A DNA stretch of 63,007 nucleotides, filler included, from Octopus bimaculoides (taxonomy: Eukaryota), in assembly GCF_001194135.2 (NCBI RefSeq). It is 7 parts of 7 records of this genome, joined end to end, with 100 filler letters (N's around TTAATTAATTAA, not from the genome) between each part and the next. Parts side by side here need not be neighbours in the genome. Positions count along the whole stretch, not along the records: positions 57,737 to 63,007 come from NC_068993.1; 6 more parts are not named here. One strand, given 5' to 3'. Made by a program: the position numbers and the translations under genes. The notes beneath the pieces are model-generated. The model did not search any database, was not told where the DNA came from, and saw nothing but the letters and a program-made list of their open reading frames with translations. Shown here piece after piece: positions 59,781 to 63,007 of this stretch (positions are counted from its first letter, which is position 1; each line of letters opens with the position of its first letter).

Positions 59781-60119
59781 TTCATTATTAACACATATTC
59801 ATGAATTGAATCGTTTCAATTATGTTACCTAAGGCTGGAGTTTCCATATCGTCACTCATTCGTCTAAAAATCACAGCTAAATGTGTATATAATCACACCT
59901 TCCTAATTGCACGTGAGTAATGATTAACAATAGCTACCATGGCGGCATCCTGAACGGACCGATACGATCAACACCATCCCCGCCATCTTTAACAAAAATT
60001 ATTAAACAATACAATAATAATTCAACACCAAAACATGAAACAACGCCTACGTTCATTAAAAATATAACATATGCATAACAATGCAAAAACCAAGAATTTA
60101 AAAAGATCTCGGTGCGTGA

Positions 60120-60199
<80 letters not shown>

Positions 60200-60589
60200 C
60201 GATGTGCATGCGTGTTTATGTGTGTGTTTGTGTGTATGTGTGTTTGTGTGTGTTCAGGGTTTGTATGTGGGCTTTCGCTGTAAATGTCTTTCTTTAGTTT
60301 AAATTTATTACTGCACCAGTATTACCGTTATTGATACCAATCAATAATTCGAATAGTTTACCTCATGGCGGAAACTCGTATCGGTCGATCGATCTGTTTT
60401 CTTTTTTTTTTTTCTCTTTTTTTAATTTTCTTACCTTTCAGTCAGGAGGAAAGATAGTACCTCACGACTTGTTAGAGTACATCCGATACTATTGGAAGGA
60501 AGGAAGTTAAATGTACCTAAGATATCAGATGGCGGTATTAAATCAGGCAACGTATATAATCTACCTCACCATTAATTCAAATTTGGTAA

Positions 60590-61290
60590 GGCATGGCTGT
60601 GTGGTAAGAAGCTTTCGTCCGAATCACATGGTTCCCGGTTCAGCCCCATTGCGTGGCACCTTGGGTAAGTGTCTTCTATTATAGCCTCAGGCCGACTAAA
60701 TCCTTGTGAGTGGATTTGGTAAACGGAAACTGAAAGAAGCCCGTCGTATGTATGTACGTCAGCTAGTAGTAATAATAATAGACTTCTAATCTTAACTGAT
60801 TGGAAGTGTTATCATGTTTTGTCTTGGTATAAAAGATGGGTTACAGCAAATATAATTCTGCTCAATACCACAGATTTGCTTGTCAGTTGGTTAACCTTAA
60901 CCAGTTGAACATGACCCTAAGGGGCTGACGATATGTGCATTTCTGATCACGAGCAGAAGTAGTGGGAGAGCATCATAGCCATGTGTTGAGAGGAATTCTT
61001 TGGGGTTTGAATAATTCACCTCTAGAAACATGGGTGTTTGATTCAACATCCTTAAACAAACCTTATTCAGGGACCTTTTGAGCGGAATGGGCTACTCGAC
61101 CTCGAAGAAAATCTTAACTGGACCCCCACCTGCAAGGTCATGCACTGTTTATCTTGATATGAGATCATGATGTCACACACATATGACTGTGGAGCGTGTG
61201 CCTGGTGTACCCTTATCAGACGGGTAGTCATGCTGGGTATAATGGGCTTCGAATATTTTACCCCGTTGTCACTTTGGTGGCATCTCACGC
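60590..61290 (+). mobile_element. Composite repeat: SINE A head/body followed by a different ~500-bp unit
   Basis: SINE A signature at 60590-60750, then non-A sequence (gctgacgatatgtgcatttctgatcacgagcagaagtagtggg...) instead of the usual tail. Confidence 0.55.
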
Positions 61291-61832
61291 AATAATAATA
61301 ATCCTTTCTATTATAGGCACAAGGCTTGAGATATTTTTGTGATGTGGGGAGTTTGTCGATTACAGCGATTCTGTTCTGCCAGCTCGCCGCCTTAATGATA
61401 ATATTAATACTTTCAAATTTTAGTTCAACGCCAGCATTTTTGAGGGGAGGGGTGCTAAGTAAATTACAGTAACCTAAATTCTCAACCGATACTTATTTTA
61501 TCGACTCCCAAACGAAAAATGGCGGAGTAGACCTTGGCGGAATTTGAACTCCGAACGTAATGCCGCTAGCATTTTGCCTGGTGTGCTAACAATTTTACCA
61601 GCTTGCCAACTTAATACGAGTAGTAATAACAACCAGAACATTATTAGTAAATCAAATCGTAAATTGATCCCAACAGAGTAAACAGAATGACAACCGAAAG
61701 CCAAGGTAAAGATATTGTAGCATATATATATATATAAATTTATATAAATAAGGATAAGATCGATATTTAAAATATTGATTTTATCAAGTGGCCAGCATGG
61801 GAATAAAAACCATCAAAGGTAACAATTATTTG

Positions 61833-62048
61833 AAATTATAATATAGGGTATCTAAGAGATACCGCCACGCTGAAAATAACAGTCAAATCTTGACTCTAAA
61901 CCACAATAAATGTTCATATAGCACAAAGAGCGAAGACGAAGACAAAATAAACTAGTAAAAATATGAACATTTAGTGTGGTTTAGAGTCAAGATTTGACTG
62001 CTATTTTTCAGCGTGGTGGTATCTCTTAGATACCCTATATTATAATTT
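61833..62048. mobile_element. Foldback element with ~87-bp near-perfect inverted arms
   Basis: 61833-61919 versus 61961-62048: about 4 differences, 41-nt spacer. Confidence 0.85.
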
Positions 62049-62056
62049 TAAATAAT

Positions 62057-62089
<33 letters not shown>

Positions 62090-62444
62090 TTTTGTGTGTG
62101 TGTGTGTGCGTGTATGCATGTGTATGTATGGATGTATGTATGNNNNNNNNNNNNNNNNNNNNNNNNNNNNNNNNNNNNNNNNNNNNNNNNNNNNNNNNNN
62201 NNNNNNNNNNNNNNNNNNNNNNNNNNNNNNNNNNNNNNNNNNNNNNNNNNNNNNNNNNNNNNNNTTCCTTGCTTTTATTTTCCCATTGCAGATTGTGCTT
62301 TGTATTACTTTGACCCTTTTAAGCTTCGTTTCTCCCATATTTTTTTTTTCCGTTCATAATTCTCGCCAAGAAATCGGAATGGTTTATGCTGCATGATGTT
62401 GGTTTGGAGTCTTTGGTATTGGCAATAATGGTAGCGCTAGCAAG

Positions 62445-62900
62445 GCTGCAACCTGGCAGACACGTTAGCACGCCGGGCGAAATACTTAGCGGTATTTCAT
62501 CTGCCGTTACGTTCTGAGTTCAAATTCCGCCGAGGTCGACTTTGTCTTTCATCTTTTTGGGGTCGATAAATTAAGTACCAGTGAAACACTGGGGTCGATG
62601 TAATTGACTAGCTCCCTCCCCCAACATTTGAAGCCTTGTGCCTTTAATAGAAAGGATTATTATCAAGGTTTTTGTTGTTGCTGTTGTTGTTGCTAAGGTG
62701 GTGAGCTGGCAGAAACGTTAGCACGCCGGGCGAAATACTTAGCGGTATTTTGTCTGCCGTTACGTTCTGAGATCAAATTACGTCGAGGTCGACTTTGCCT
62801 TTCATCCTTTCGGGGTCGATAAATAAAGTACCAGTTGCGTACTGTGGTTGGTGTAATTGACTGTCCCTCTCCCCCAAAATTGTACCTAGAGTAGAAGAGA
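62445..62900 (+). mobile_element. Two tandem SINE B copies
   Basis: Copies at ~62445-62660 and ~62695-62900, separated by (TTG)n. Confidence 0.85.
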
Positions 62901-63007
62901 ATAATGGGAGTGATAGTGGTGGTGGTGATGGTAGTGGTGGTGGTGGTGGTAGTGGTTGAGAGAGTAGGGGGTTTGCGATGGTGATGGTGGTGGCTGTGAT
63001 GCTTGTG

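Overview
AT-rich, microsatellite- and gap-ridden animal genomic DNA. The SINE, RTE and mariner repertoire looks like a coleoid cephalopod, probably Octopus (from my recollection of these repeats, not from a search). One host gene is securely identified: a plus-strand carnitine O-acetyltransferase (CRAT-like) with 8 visible GT-AG coding exons from 14180 to 33431, including the catalytic YEHxxAEG histidine. Two internal exons are missing and probably lie in N-gaps. The first exon and the C-terminal exons are not visible. The rest is a nested transposon landscape: several tRNA-derived SINE families, RTE, CR1-group, CRE and R4/Dong non-LTR remnants, two Tc1/mariner remnants, foldback MITEs and Penelope-like (GIY-YIG) remnants. 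The most striking unannotated signal is six minimal type-I hammerhead ribozyme folds (about 2674, 12126, 38414, 41523, 45131, 50794), all with palindromic or near-palindromic stem III and different core variants. The one at 50794 caps a roughly 45-bp stem inside an orphan, highly structured GC-rich island. Hammerheads in Penelope-like elements are a known phenomenon, so any novelty lies in these variants and the orphan island. All folds and alignments were done by eye. Many long ORFs in the supplied track are microsatellite or N artefacts.
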